Positions 27,747-36,200 of a stretch of DNA of 64,000 nucleotides are shown here, piece by piece. The stretch's first letter is position 1; the number at the start of each line of letters is the position of its first letter. Both the position numbers and the translations under genes were made by a program. The notes under the pieces were generated by a model that saw nothing but the letters and a program-made list of their open reading frames with translations, was not told the origin of the DNA and did not search any database. The stretch lies in the sequence record NC_047880.1; one strand, written 5' to 3'.

Positions 27747-28390
27747 AAAACTTCATGCTGATCAAACGTATCAGCTCTTACCTGTATCTGGGCTTTGCAG
27801 AAAACATCCCTGACATACCTCGTCGCGGTGTTGAGAAGTTCGAAGTGCTAATTCCTGACGGCCGCGAGGGTGAGAACGAACCTATCCTCCAAATGACCGC
27901 GCGTTGTATCTATCATCTGCCGCATAACTGCTTCCTGATCAGCATTGCAGAAGGTACCGAAGGACACGAGCACCCTCCGATGATGAAGTCTCACTGCAAG
28001 TACAACATGGAACTGTTCCTGCGTTCTGACCATGGGCGTGAGATGATCGCAGTTAAGCAGATTCTGGATGAATTGCATGATGCAGAAGTGCAGCATCCTC
28101 AATGGCCAGAAGAGGCGATTCATGCTGCGTCAATCGTCACGGAAGAGGCTGGTGAGCTGCTGCGTGACTGTGCTACCTTCGAAGAAAACGGCGACCAGCG
28201 TCTGATTGTCAACATGCTCGGTGAAGCCACGCAGGTAGGCGCAATGGCAGTTCGCTTTATGAAGAACTTGCCTACTTCCCAACGTCGTACTATCCCTAAC
28301 AATGCGCTACGCTCAATCCTGGACTCTGACATGACTCCAGAGCAACAACTGATTGAAGTACGTCGCCTGATGAATGACGGAGTTCAGTAA
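27743..28390 (+). CDS. protein with C-terminal MazG-like (all-alpha NTP pyrophosphohydrolase) domain
   Basis: IVTEEAGELLRD...EATQVGAMAVRF. Confidence 0.55.
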   Translation: MKNFMLIKRISSYLYLGFAENIPDIPRRGVEKFEVLIPDGREGENEPILQMTARCIYHLPHNCFLISIAEGTEGHEHPPMMKSHCKYNMELFLRSDHGREMIAVKQILDELHDAEVQHPQWPEEAIHAASIVTEEAGELLRDCATFEENGDQRLIVNMLGEATQVGAMAVRFMKNLPTSQRRTIPNNALRSILDSDMTPEQQLIEVRRLMNDGVQ

Positions 28391-29271
28391 TGCGTTTACT
28401 CTCATACATCCCAGCTGCAACGACTGGCGTATTCCGTACGTTGCGTGTTCTCGACCTCGGACTTGAACCGAGTAGCGTTGAAGAACTGAAATTGTTCAAC
28501 TGCGTCTTTAATAATGTTGAAATCGTTAGCACCGAAGTGCCAGGCGTCTCCGACATTCTTATCCGTGATGCGTATAGCTGGCGTGTCGACCCTCACTTCA
28601 TTCGTCTCGATGCTGAGTACAGTTACTGGTGTGGTAAGCATACGCCTTCCATTGAGCAGATGCTTGATGCGCATATCATGAAAGGTCATGTGCCGGATTT
28701 GATCGCGGACTTCGACCAATTCATTGCGTGGCTCAAAGCAGAACTGGCGAAGCTGCCTCGTGTTGCTACAGACGACCTAAAGTTCGCAGGCTCTGAGATG
28801 AAGCACGGCAATAACCGTTACGACTTGTGGTTGTTGTTCAAACACTATCTGATGCTTGACGGTCAGATGACTCTCACGCACAGTCCTGAAAACGATATCG
28901 GCGTTAGTGACCTGTTCATCTCTGATAAGGGTGTGCGCTGGTGGTTGGTTGAGCACAACAAAACGCTGATGGGCATTGCACATTCATCTAACATGCTGGC
29001 TGCGTATATCACGTTTGATACTCGTCGCGGTGCACACTATTCGTTTGTGTATGATGATGGCCAGACAGTTGTACGCCACGTCGATGAATCAGAATTCATG
29101 CACATGGCCGTTCACGGACAATTCCCGAAAGTATCTATCACTGAGTCGGACACTGTGTACGATCTCAACTTTGACTTCGCCGAGTTCTTCACTGAGAAGT
29201 ATCACAAGTACAACAACCACGTATTCATTGGCGGTCACAGTGAAGCTCGCGACCTTGTGCGCTTCATCTGA
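28390..29271 (+). CDS. hypothetical protein
   Basis: TAATG coupling. Confidence 0.6.
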   Translation: MRLLSYIPAATTGVFRTLRVLDLGLEPSSVEELKLFNCVFNNVEIVSTEVPGVSDILIRDAYSWRVDPHFIRLDAEYSYWCGKHTPSIEQMLDAHIMKGHVPDLIADFDQFIAWLKAELAKLPRVATDDLKFAGSEMKHGNNRYDLWLLFKHYLMLDGQMTLTHSPENDIGVSDLFISDKGVRWWLVEHNKTLMGIAHSSNMLAAYITFDTRRGAHYSFVYDDGQTVVRHVDESEFMHMAVHGQFPKVSITESDTVYDLNFDFAEFFTEKYHKYNNHVFIGGHSEARDLVRFI

Positions 29272-29289
29272 CGGCTAGGCCTCTTGTAC

Positions 29290-29297
29290 AGTAATTT
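29290..29297 (+). promoter_or_regulatory. AGTAATTT motif
   Basis: Intergenic, before AGGAGG RBS. Confidence 0.5.
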
Positions 29298-29320
29298 AAT
29301 CTAACCAAACAGGAGGCCGT

Positions 29321-29656
29321 ATGAATTACGACAAAGCAAAAGATTTTAAACCGTTCAAGTATCTCTCACCTCCTTCTGAGGCACCAGTGCGAGGCTTCTA
29401 TGGTACTGTCACTCGTTTGCGCACACTGGACGTTAACATAAACGAAGATACAGCCGAGTTCGTCTTTACTAGGGAAGAGTTAGACTCAATGGATCGAGGA
29501 ACACTGACGTTTCGCGCTAAGGACAGCGGAAGCTCTATCGCAATCAAGAAATGCTCTGTGTCTGGTTTGAAAATGGTAATTACGCTTGAACGAAGAGTGT
29601 TGAACTTCGGTAAAGTCCAAGTCGAGTGGAAGAACGTCGTCCACTATGAATGGTAA
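29321..29656 (+). CDS. hypothetical protein
   Basis: AGGAGG RBS. Confidence 0.65.
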   Translation: MNYDKAKDFKPFKYLSPPSEAPVRGFYGTVTRLRTLDVNINEDTAEFVFTREELDSMDRGTLTFRAKDSGSSIAIKKCSVSGLKMVITLERRVLNFGKVQVEWKNVVHYEW

Positions 29657-29658
29657 TA

Positions 29659-29668
29659 ACTGTAAATA
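29659..29668 (+). promoter_or_regulatory. CTGTAAATA motif upstream of ParB-like and C5-MTase genes
   Basis: Intergenic. Confidence 0.55.
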
Positions 29669-29702
29669 CAGAGCATTCAGTAACTCATAAAGAGAATGTA
29701 CA

Positions 29703-30407
29703 ATGGCAAAAATTGCTAAAGCAAAAGCAAAGGACGGGAAAAAGAAAGGCGCTATGGCTATTGATTTGAAATCTTTCAAGTCGGCTAAACAGCTTAAAGG
29801 CGCTAAGTACAATCCACGTTTCATTACAGACAGTCGCTTGAGCGCACTCGAAAGTTCGTTGGGTAGCTTCGGTGACTTGTCTGGCATCGTGTTTAACAAC
29901 AGCGTCAGTTCAGGCGTTCTTATCTCCGGTCACCAGCGTCTCAAGTCCATCAACGATTGGGAAACGCGCATCGAACTCCAGCCTACTTCTGACAAGTACG
30001 GTACAGTCGCTTTGGGTTACGTTCATGCAACGCATCCGAAGTCGAGCAAGACGATTAGCATTCCTCTGCGTATCGTAAACTGGAACGATAAGAAAGCCGA
30101 GTACGCTGCGAACATTGCTGCGAATGCGCACGGCGGTGAGTTCGATAACAAGAAGCTTGCGAATCTGGTTGAGAAACTTGACCTGACTTCAATCAAGCCT
30201 CAACTGCTCGGACTCGACCCGCTGGAAATCCGTGGTCTGCAACAGAAGCTGAAATCACAAGCACTTGTTGAAGGCGAGAAACGCGCAGGCAAAACTACTG
30301 GTCAGATGAACGGTAGTACGGGCGCATTCAAAGAATACACACCAGATGAAGTCGGCGATAAGCTGTCATGCACCTGCCCACGCTGTGGATTTAAGTTCGA
30401 GGGATAA
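29703..30407 (+). CDS. ParB/sulfiredoxin-like N-terminal domain protein with C-terminal Zn ribbon
   Basis: KYNPR...SFG...IVFN...LISGHQRL; ends CTCPRCGFKF. Confidence 0.8.
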   Translation: MAKIAKAKAKDGKKKGAMAIDLKSFKSAKQLKGAKYNPRFITDSRLSALESSLGSFGDLSGIVFNNSVSSGVLISGHQRLKSINDWETRIELQPTSDKYGTVALGYVHATHPKSSKTISIPLRIVNWNDKKAEYAANIAANAHGGEFDNKKLANLVEKLDLTSIKPQLLGLDPLEIRGLQQKLKSQALVEGEKRAGKTTGQMNGSTGAFKEYTPDEVGDKLSCTCPRCGFKFEG

Positions 30408-30408
30408 T

Positions 30409-32538
30409 ATGATCATCAAGCCGCCTACAATGAAAGAGATCAACGCGCAAGACAACAAGTGGCGTGGCATGAGCTTCTTCGCAGGCTGTGGTGGTTCTTC
30501 TACCGGTCTCAAATGGGCCGGTATTAACATCATCTTGAGTAATGAGTTCGTAGACGTGGCGCGTGAGTCTTATCAAGCGAACCACCCATCTACGTTAGTT
30601 CTCCCTCACGATATCCGTCGTCTCGACCCGAAGAAGATTATGCAGCACTTCGGGATGGGTAAGGGTGAACTTGATTTCCTCGATGGTAGCCCACCATGCT
30701 TCACTGAGAACACTCTGATTCACACTGCTGAGGGGATGAAGTTCATCTCTGATGTTAATGTCGGCGACATGGCAATGACTTCTGTTGGTCGTTATCATGA
30801 AGTGTACGATACTATGGTGCGTCCTTATGTTGGTACGATGCACAAGATCGAAACACTGCTCGGCTCGAACAACGCAACGCCTGAGCATCCGTTCTTCATT
30901 CGCCGCGTTCAACCTACTGGCTTGTGGTCTGAACCGTTCTGGTGTGATGCGAAAGATGTACAAGAAGGTGATTTACTCTCAACACCTCGAACAACTCCAG
31001 ACATGGGCGCTGACGCTTATCATGGTCAAATGTCATTGCTGACGCCTGTCATTCAGAGCTGGGTAACTTACCCTGAGTTCTGGTGGGCTATCGGTCATTG
31101 GTGTGCGCACGGTACACTTGAAGTTGTGCAGGGTGTCGATGTTGTTAGCTTCGAATCACACACAGCTCAGGAAAACGATCTGATTGAGCAGGTGTTTGAT
31201 GTTCTGAAAATCAGTAGCATCAACAGCGTAGACACAACCGTTGATCAGCGCAAGACCTATCGCGTTGTCATGGATTCAGAACTGTTCGCGTTCCTGAGCA
31301 AGTTCGTGGCACAGGGTAAGAACAACCTGTCTCGTCGTCTGCCGTCGATGATCTTCCACTTAGCTACTGAACTGAAACAGCAATTTATTCTCGGCTATCT
31401 CGGTCGTGACTACGTTAGTGCAATGGGCATGAGCCAGTTAATCAGCACAGACAACCGTCGCTTCCTCGCTGAGATGAATTACCTGACGTGCTCTGCATTC
31501 AACAGACCTCTGTTCGATGGTATGTTGTTCTCTGATGTGAACTACGGTTCAGCGCTTACGCCTCGTGATCGTAATCAGAAGAAAGAACATGTTGGTTATC
31601 TGCTGCTGCAAGATGAAAACAATTTCTTCTACGAGTTTAACGATAACGATCCACATCTGTGGGTTCAAGTGATCGAGAACCTCGCGTATCAGACAACCTG
31701 TGACGTGTACAACTTCTCAGTCAGTGAAGACGAGACGTATGTGGCGAACAGCATTGTCGTGCATAACTGCAAAGGCTTCTCGACGGCTGGCGTGAAAGAA
31801 GAAGGTTGGGGTAAAGAAGTCAAGTACAGCGAGAACAAGAAACAGCAGGTTGATGACCTGTTCGATCAGTATTGCCGTATGATCAGTGGCTTCCAGCCTA
31901 AAGTGTTCACAGCGGAAAACGTCAGTGGTCTTGTGAAGGGATCTTCTAAAGGTTACTTCCTTGAGATCATGAAAACGTTTGACGAGCTGGGCTACTATGT
32001 CAAAGCACCGTTGATTAACAGTGCATGGCTTGGTGTTCCACAGTCGCGTGAACGTATCATCTTCATGGGTGTGCGCAAAGACGTTGCACATGCGTTGGGT
32101 TATCGCTCAATCGGTACTGCTGTGCCTGCTGTCGTGCCTGCTTCTAGCATGGCTGTGCTTGCTGATGCTCTGCCTAACATTCTGCGATACAAATCGGCTG
32201 AGAAAGATATCATTAAGTATAAGCCCGCGATGAACGGACCTATGCCTACGATAACTGCTGCTGATGCGATTGCGTATGAGACGGCACGATTCTCTTCTGC
32301 TGGGTTTATCGAAGACAACAAGGGCATTCGTCGTAAGCTTACGATTGATGAACTGAAAGTTGTTTCCGGTCTACCTGCTGATTACAAGCTGGTCGGTAAG
32401 TTCGAACAACAGTGGGAACGTCTCGGTCGTATCTGCGTACCTCACATGACTCATGCTGCTGCGACTGCGTTGATCAATCATATTCTTGTGCCTTACGCCA
32501 AGAAGAAGAAACAGAAACCGGGCGCTCTCTTCCGTTAG
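30409..32538 (+). CDS. C5-cytosine DNA methyltransferase homologue with intein; probable carboxymethyltransferase (CmoX-like)
   Basis: FFAGCGG (I), GSPP|C (IV), AENVSG (VI), QSRERIIF (VIII), motif X reads LGRICVP in place of GN(A/S)VP. Confidence 0.85.
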   Translation: MIIKPPTMKEINAQDNKWRGMSFFAGCGGSSTGLKWAGINIILSNEFVDVARESYQANHPSTLVLPHDIRRLDPKKIMQHFGMGKGELDFLDGSPPCFTENTLIHTAEGMKFISDVNVGDMAMTSVGRYHEVYDTMVRPYVGTMHKIETLLGSNNATPEHPFFIRRVQPTGLWSEPFWCDAKDVQEGDLLSTPRTTPDMGADAYHGQMSLLTPVIQSWVTYPEFWWAIGHWCAHGTLEVVQGVDVVSFESHTAQENDLIEQVFDVLKISSINSVDTTVDQRKTYRVVMDSELFAFLSKFVAQGKNNLSRRLPSMIFHLATELKQQFILGYLGRDYVSAMGMSQLISTDNRRFLAEMNYLTCSAFNRPLFDGMLFSDVNYGSALTPRDRNQKKEHVGYLLLQDENNFFYEFNDNDPHLWVQVIENLAYQTTCDVYNFSVSEDETYVANSIVVHNCKGFSTAGVKEEGWGKEVKYSENKKQQVDDLFDQYCRMISGFQPKVFTAENVSGLVKGSSKGYFLEIMKTFDELGYYVKAPLINSAWLGVPQSRERIIFMGVRKDVAHALGYRSIGTAVPAVVPASSMAVLADALPNILRYKSAEKDIIKYKPAMNGPMPTITAADAIAYETARFSSAGFIEDNKGIRRKLTIDELKVVSGLPADYKLVGKFEQQWERLGRICVPHMTHAAATALINHILVPYAKKKKQKPGALFR
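30697..31767 (+). mobile_element. 357-aa intein inserted at the catalytic Pro-Cys; degenerate LAGLIDADG blocks
   Basis: Starts CFTENTLI; ATPEHPF block B; ends VYNFSV...IVVHN then Cys +1; WAIGHWCAHG and FILGYLGRD are decayed endonuclease motifs. Confidence 0.9.
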
Positions 32539-32549
32539 TGAGGTAGATT

Positions 32550-32648
32550 ATGTTTTGGACTGGACTAGCTGTAGGCATCGTCATCGGAATCGTGGTGACA
32601 CTCGGTGCTCTCGCGTATCTGTTCAGAGACTTCCGCGTGTTTCGTTAA
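32550..32648 (+). CDS. 32-aa single-pass membrane peptide
   Basis: MFWTGLAVGIVIGIVVTLGALAYLFRDFRVFR; GAGG RBS. Confidence 0.6.
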   Translation: MFWTGLAVGIVIGIVVTLGALAYLFRDFRVFR

Positions 32649-32683
32649 CGCACATGGACAAGGAAGTCCATTGAGGATTCACA

Positions 32684-33256
32684 ATGAGCTATTTGATTAA
32701 GAAAGATTTCGTTATCGCGTTTGTCCACGACAAGCGTATGCAAAGTGCTAAAGTCCGACTGAAACTGTCAGGGCTTGATTCAACGTTGCTGTTCAACCAA
32801 CTCGCAGCGTTTGATCGTATGACTGCCTATCAACTCGTATGTACTCAAGCCGAGAGCATTGATAGCAGTATCGTACTGCCGCAGTATCAGCAACATTTAT
32901 CTCTGGTCGAAGGTTCAGACCATGTGTTTAAACGCATCGAACAACTCCTTGCAGTTGATGGCGTTAAGTGTCGTGTGGTTCATCTCATTGATCGTGCGTC
33001 GAATACAGCAAGCGTGTTCTGGACCAACCATTCAGGTCATGTATCTGTGAGTGTGCTCGACACAGATAAAGAAAGCCTGAACAAACAAACAATTTTTGTG
33101 CGTGACAAACGCTTGGTAGAGAACCTCAATTACGGTACTCACATCCTCGTGTCTGAAAACACGTATGAAGTGGACGACGGCTTGCTGTGCAATAACATGT
33201 ACACGCTGCATAGCCGTGACGCAGAAATCCTCGTTATGAGAGAAAAGCAAAAATGA
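32684..33256 (+). CDS. hypothetical protein
   Basis: GAGGA RBS. Confidence 0.6.
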   Translation: MSYLIKKDFVIAFVHDKRMQSAKVRLKLSGLDSTLLFNQLAAFDRMTAYQLVCTQAESIDSSIVLPQYQQHLSLVEGSDHVFKRIEQLLAVDGVKCRVVHLIDRASNTASVFWTNHSGHVSVSVLDTDKESLNKQTIFVRDKRLVENLNYGTHILVSENTYEVDDGLLCNNMYTLHSRDAEILVMREKQK

Positions 33257-33453
33257 TGACGTTGTGCCTTGTAATCCTGTTCCTCGCATTCATCTCCGCA
33301 ATTTTAACGTCTGATACTTGGCGCGACGTTATGTACGCTACGCCAATGTTTTTCTTCGCTATCGCTGGCATCATTATCGTTGCACTGTTCTACGTGATTA
33401 AATATCTGGTTAGTACCGTGTGCGATAAAGCTGCTCCTTATTTCAGGACCTAA
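33253..33453 (+). CDS. small two-TM membrane protein
   Basis: Two hydrophobic stretches; ATGA overlap. Confidence 0.65.
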   Translation: MMTLCLVILFLAFISAILTSDTWRDVMYATPMFFFAIAGIIIVALFYVIKYLVSTVCDKAAPYFRT

Positions 33454-33455
33454 TC

Positions 33456-33593
33456 ATGACTGAAACACACATGCTGTATATTGGTCTTGCCCTACTCCTC
33501 GTGATACTTGGAGTTGTCGGCACTGTGCTGTACTGCGTGTTACGCGCTGTTAATTCGGTAGGTAAAGCAATTATTAAAGGCTACGTCCGCTAA
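33456..33593 (+). CDS. 45-aa membrane peptide
   Basis: MTETHMLYIGLALLLVILGVVGTVLYCVLRAVNSVGKAIIKGYVR; AGGA RBS. Confidence 0.6.
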   Translation: MTETHMLYIGLALLLVILGVVGTVLYCVLRAVNSVGKAIIKGYVR

Positions 33594-33769
33594 TGAGATA
33601 TGTCATAATCTTTGCGCTAACGTGGCTTCTCGCTTCATACTCACTATCAACTCTGGACGTCAGTGTTGAGAACTCCAACTCACTCGGTATCATCATCGCG
33701 GCACTAGTTGTCATAGGTGAGTGGCATTGGCTGAAAGCTATTAGGAAAAGTAATGAGCAAAAACACTGA
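33593..33769 (+). CDS. 58-aa two-TM membrane peptide
   Basis: TAATG coupling; MRYVIIFALTWLLASY...GIIIAALVVIG. Confidence 0.55.
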   Translation: MRYVIIFALTWLLASYSLSTLDVSVENSNSLGIIIAALVVIGEWHWLKAIRKSNEQKH

Positions 33770-34154
33770 TATTCTGGACGAGTACGGTTTTGACTACCAA
33801 AGTGGTTACGTTCGTTTTCGTCGTGCTGAGATGTTGTCTGCGTTTCAGTTCCATGTTCGTGAAATTCGTGAAGTCCAGATACATAGCGGCTTGGCTACAC
33901 GTATCAGTGACAACGAACAAATTCCTGTCATCCGTGTTCATATTGATCTGATCGGCGGTGGCACCTGTAACTCTGGTCCTATGCACCCTGAACTTGATGC
34001 AGAAGAAGCTGGTCAGTTGGCCTATGCGTTCTTACGTCTGCGTGACGGTGCGTGTGGCCTTGACGAAGTTTCGTATGAAATCAAATCAGTGAAGACTGAG
34101 TTCTACCCTAAAGTATACGTCAACTGGGATCTTCCAGTGACACCCGCTGAGTAA
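33753..34154 (+). CDS. hypothetical protein
   Basis: AGGA RBS. Confidence 0.6.
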   Translation: MSKNTDILDEYGFDYQSGYVRFRRAEMLSAFQFHVREIREVQIHSGLATRISDNEQIPVIRVHIDLIGGGTCNSGPMHPELDAEEAGQLAYAFLRLRDGACGLDEVSYEIKSVKTEFYPKVYVNWDLPVTPAE

Positions 34155-34169
34155 TCAGCAACCCATAGT

Positions 34170-34952
34170 GTGAGGCACAGACGTGACTTCACCTATTTGC
34201 AGAAGGTATGTACCATGACTAAGCAACAGAACTATAGCTCCGCATTCTCTTTGTTCGACCACGCTGAACTGCGTATCGACAACTTCGGACAACCTATGCC
34301 TGTAGGTGTCATCGAAGGTATTATGTTTTATGGCGATCAGATTCGCTATCGTGTTGCGCTGTTTGTGAATGACGCACCAGCGCACAAACTACCCCTTCCT
34401 TTCTTGCACGAAGGTCGTCCTGTAGATGGATTCGTTGAACGCGATTTAGTACGCTACGGTTACGATAACTTTGCGTCTGTGAAAGAGTCCGAGCGTAGAC
34501 CTCAACACAACTTGAACCTTGCTCGCGCTAAGTTTCAGATTGGGGATTTAGTGTCGATTCGTATTCAGATCAGCGATCAAGAACAACAGGACTACCACAA
34601 CATTCCTGTGCTGTTGACCTCTGTGCGTTACGAAGAGGGTAAGGTGTTGTACGATGTGAGCATTGACCGTGCAGCATACATCGGTACAGACGCAGAGCAC
34701 ACGAACATCGGTCGTCTGGTTATTGATGAACTGACAAGCATTGATAGTATATTCATCGAGCCTGTCGGCGGTTGGCACAAATGCTTAGGCGTGCCTGAAA
34801 CTTCTTCTATTGAAGTGAATGGTACAGACGTTAAAGTCCTGCATAAGCCTGAGCCTAGTGCAGTCAATATATCTGTGCAGGTTGAAGGCACTGCTACAGG
34901 TAGATCTTCTGGTACTGAGCCTAATGAGAGTGCTAAACCACGCTCTGAATAA
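34170..34952 (+). CDS. hypothetical protein with two SH3/KOW-like beta repeats
   Basis: GVIEGIMF...RYRV and FQIGDLV...VRYEEGKVLYDV; true start may be ATG 34216. Confidence 0.5.
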   Translation: MRHRRDFTYLQKVCTMTKQQNYSSAFSLFDHAELRIDNFGQPMPVGVIEGIMFYGDQIRYRVALFVNDAPAHKLPLPFLHEGRPVDGFVERDLVRYGYDNFASVKESERRPQHNLNLARAKFQIGDLVSIRIQISDQEQQDYHNIPVLLTSVRYEEGKVLYDVSIDRAAYIGTDAEHTNIGRLVIDELTSIDSIFIEPVGGWHKCLGVPETSSIEVNGTDVKVLHKPEPSAVNISVQVEGTATGRSSGTEPNESAKPRSE

Positions 34953-34962
34953 TCTGTAAATA
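34953..34962 (+). promoter_or_regulatory. TCTGTAAATA motif
   Basis: Intergenic. Confidence 0.5.
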
Positions 34963-34972
34963 TAGAGTAAGC

Positions 34973-35000
34973 AATGGGTGGCCTTGTGCTGCCCATTTTT
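34973..35000 (+). terminator. Rho-independent terminator-like hairpin
   Basis: AATGGGTGGC-CTTGT-GCTGCCCATT-TTT. Confidence 0.7.
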
Positions 35001-35020
35001 GTTTCTAAGGAGATAGTGAC

Positions 35021-35359
35021 ATGCTCAAGTATGACGCTTTGGTTAAACATATGCAGGAGTCTCTGCAAGAATCCGTGTCCGACAAACTGTTCGACCATTC
35101 TAAAACTGCGCAACAGATACGGGACTCGCTTGCTGAACAGTTAGATGGTTCTGAGTTTCAGTTTCGTATCAATGATAAGCCTGCTGCATTCCGCAAAGTC
35201 ATTTGTGATAGTTCGAACAATACAGACGAAATGGTCGCAGCAGGCCTTATGATGTGTACGGTTGTTTTCGAATGTCCTGTATTAATTCAACGCATTAAGG
35301 AGTCCGATAATGTTCAGCAAACTATTGGCTATGTTCCGCCGCAAGAAGAAACCAAGTGA
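35021..35359 (+). CDS. hypothetical protein
   Basis: AAGGAG RBS. Confidence 0.6.
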   Translation: MLKYDALVKHMQESLQESVSDKLFDHSKTAQQIRDSLAEQLDGSEFQFRINDKPAAFRKVICDSSNNTDEMVAAGLMMCTVVFECPVLIQRIKESDNVQQTIGYVPPQEETK

Positions 35360-35759
35360 AGAGAAGTTGGAGCACTGGAGTGGACCGCCATTAGGCACTA
35401 CGCCGCGTAAGGACCACAAAGTGGTAACGATTGGTAATCGTCGGACGTACCATGCACCACCGACGCCTGTACCTCCAATCAACCATATACGTCCGACGCC
35501 TGCACCCGCTGCCTCTGCACCTGTAAGCAACGATGCGCTGCTTGTCGCGTTGATCATGCAGGACTCTATTGCGCAGGAGCAATCACGGTCACATCACGCA
35601 GATAGTGTAGACTCAACACGGATAAATAGCTGTGTGCAAGAGCATACACCGACGTATCATTCACCTGCATACAACACGCCAAGTCATACGCCGTCTGGTA
35701 GTGACTCGTATGATAGCAGTAGCAGTTCAGACGGTGGCGGTGGCGGTTCTTGCGATTAA
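35310..35759 (+). CDS. low-complexity Pro/Ser/Gly-rich protein
   Basis: Ends SYDSSSSSDGGGGGSCD, a common phage pattern. Confidence 0.55.
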   Translation: MFSKLLAMFRRKKKPSEEKLEHWSGPPLGTTPRKDHKVVTIGNRRTYHAPPTPVPPINHIRPTPAPAASAPVSNDALLVALIMQDSIAQEQSRSHHADSVDSTRINSCVQEHTPTYHSPAYNTPSHTPSGSDSYDSSSSSDGGGGGSCD

Positions 35760-35779
35760 TCTTTTGATAAGAGGCACGT

Positions 35780-36064
35780 ATGTTTAAACGATTCTTAAAC
35801 TGGATTGGCTTGATGCTGATCTCGAAAAGCAATAAGCGCAAGCTCTACCAACACGAAGTGATGATGCGTACCTGCACTGATGTATACGACTGGTGTGGTG
35901 CAGACTTCCCCCAAGCGGCCGAAGCTGTTGAGTATGTGCGTACACGCGCTCTTGGTTACGAAGGTCGCTTGAACTACAACAACAATATCATGAGTCCTTA
36001 CGACTGTCATGTAGGCATTAGTGATTGGCGTGAAGCGATGCGTCGTAAGTATCTAAGGAAATAA
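35780..36064 (+). CDS. hypothetical protein
   Basis: GAGG RBS. Confidence 0.6.
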   Translation: MFKRFLNWIGLMLISKSNKRKLYQHEVMMRTCTDVYDWCGADFPQAAEAVEYVRTRALGYEGRLNYNNNIMSPYDCHVGISDWREAMRRKYLRK

Positions 36065-36065
36065 A

Positions 36066-36176
36066 ATGCGCGAGCTTGACCGCGAGAAGTTGCGTGAGTT
36101 CCGTGAAGAACTCGATCAAGACTGCGACGATACAGAAGAAGAGGACTTCGACTTCACTGACTACGGCGCAGAGTAA
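36066..36176 (+). CDS. 36-aa acidic peptide
   Basis: MRELDREKLREFREELDQDCDDTEEEDFDFTDYGAE; AAGGA upstream; fills gap between genes. Confidence 0.5.
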   Translation: MRELDREKLREFREELDQDCDDTEEEDFDFTDYGAE

Positions 36177-36200
36177 GTACCAACCTATACCGAGAATAAT

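Noticed and set aside
35640-35759. Ser/Gly-rich tail as a second modified-peptide precursor
   Set aside because: It is a common low-complexity ending in phage proteins, with no tailoring enzyme nearby
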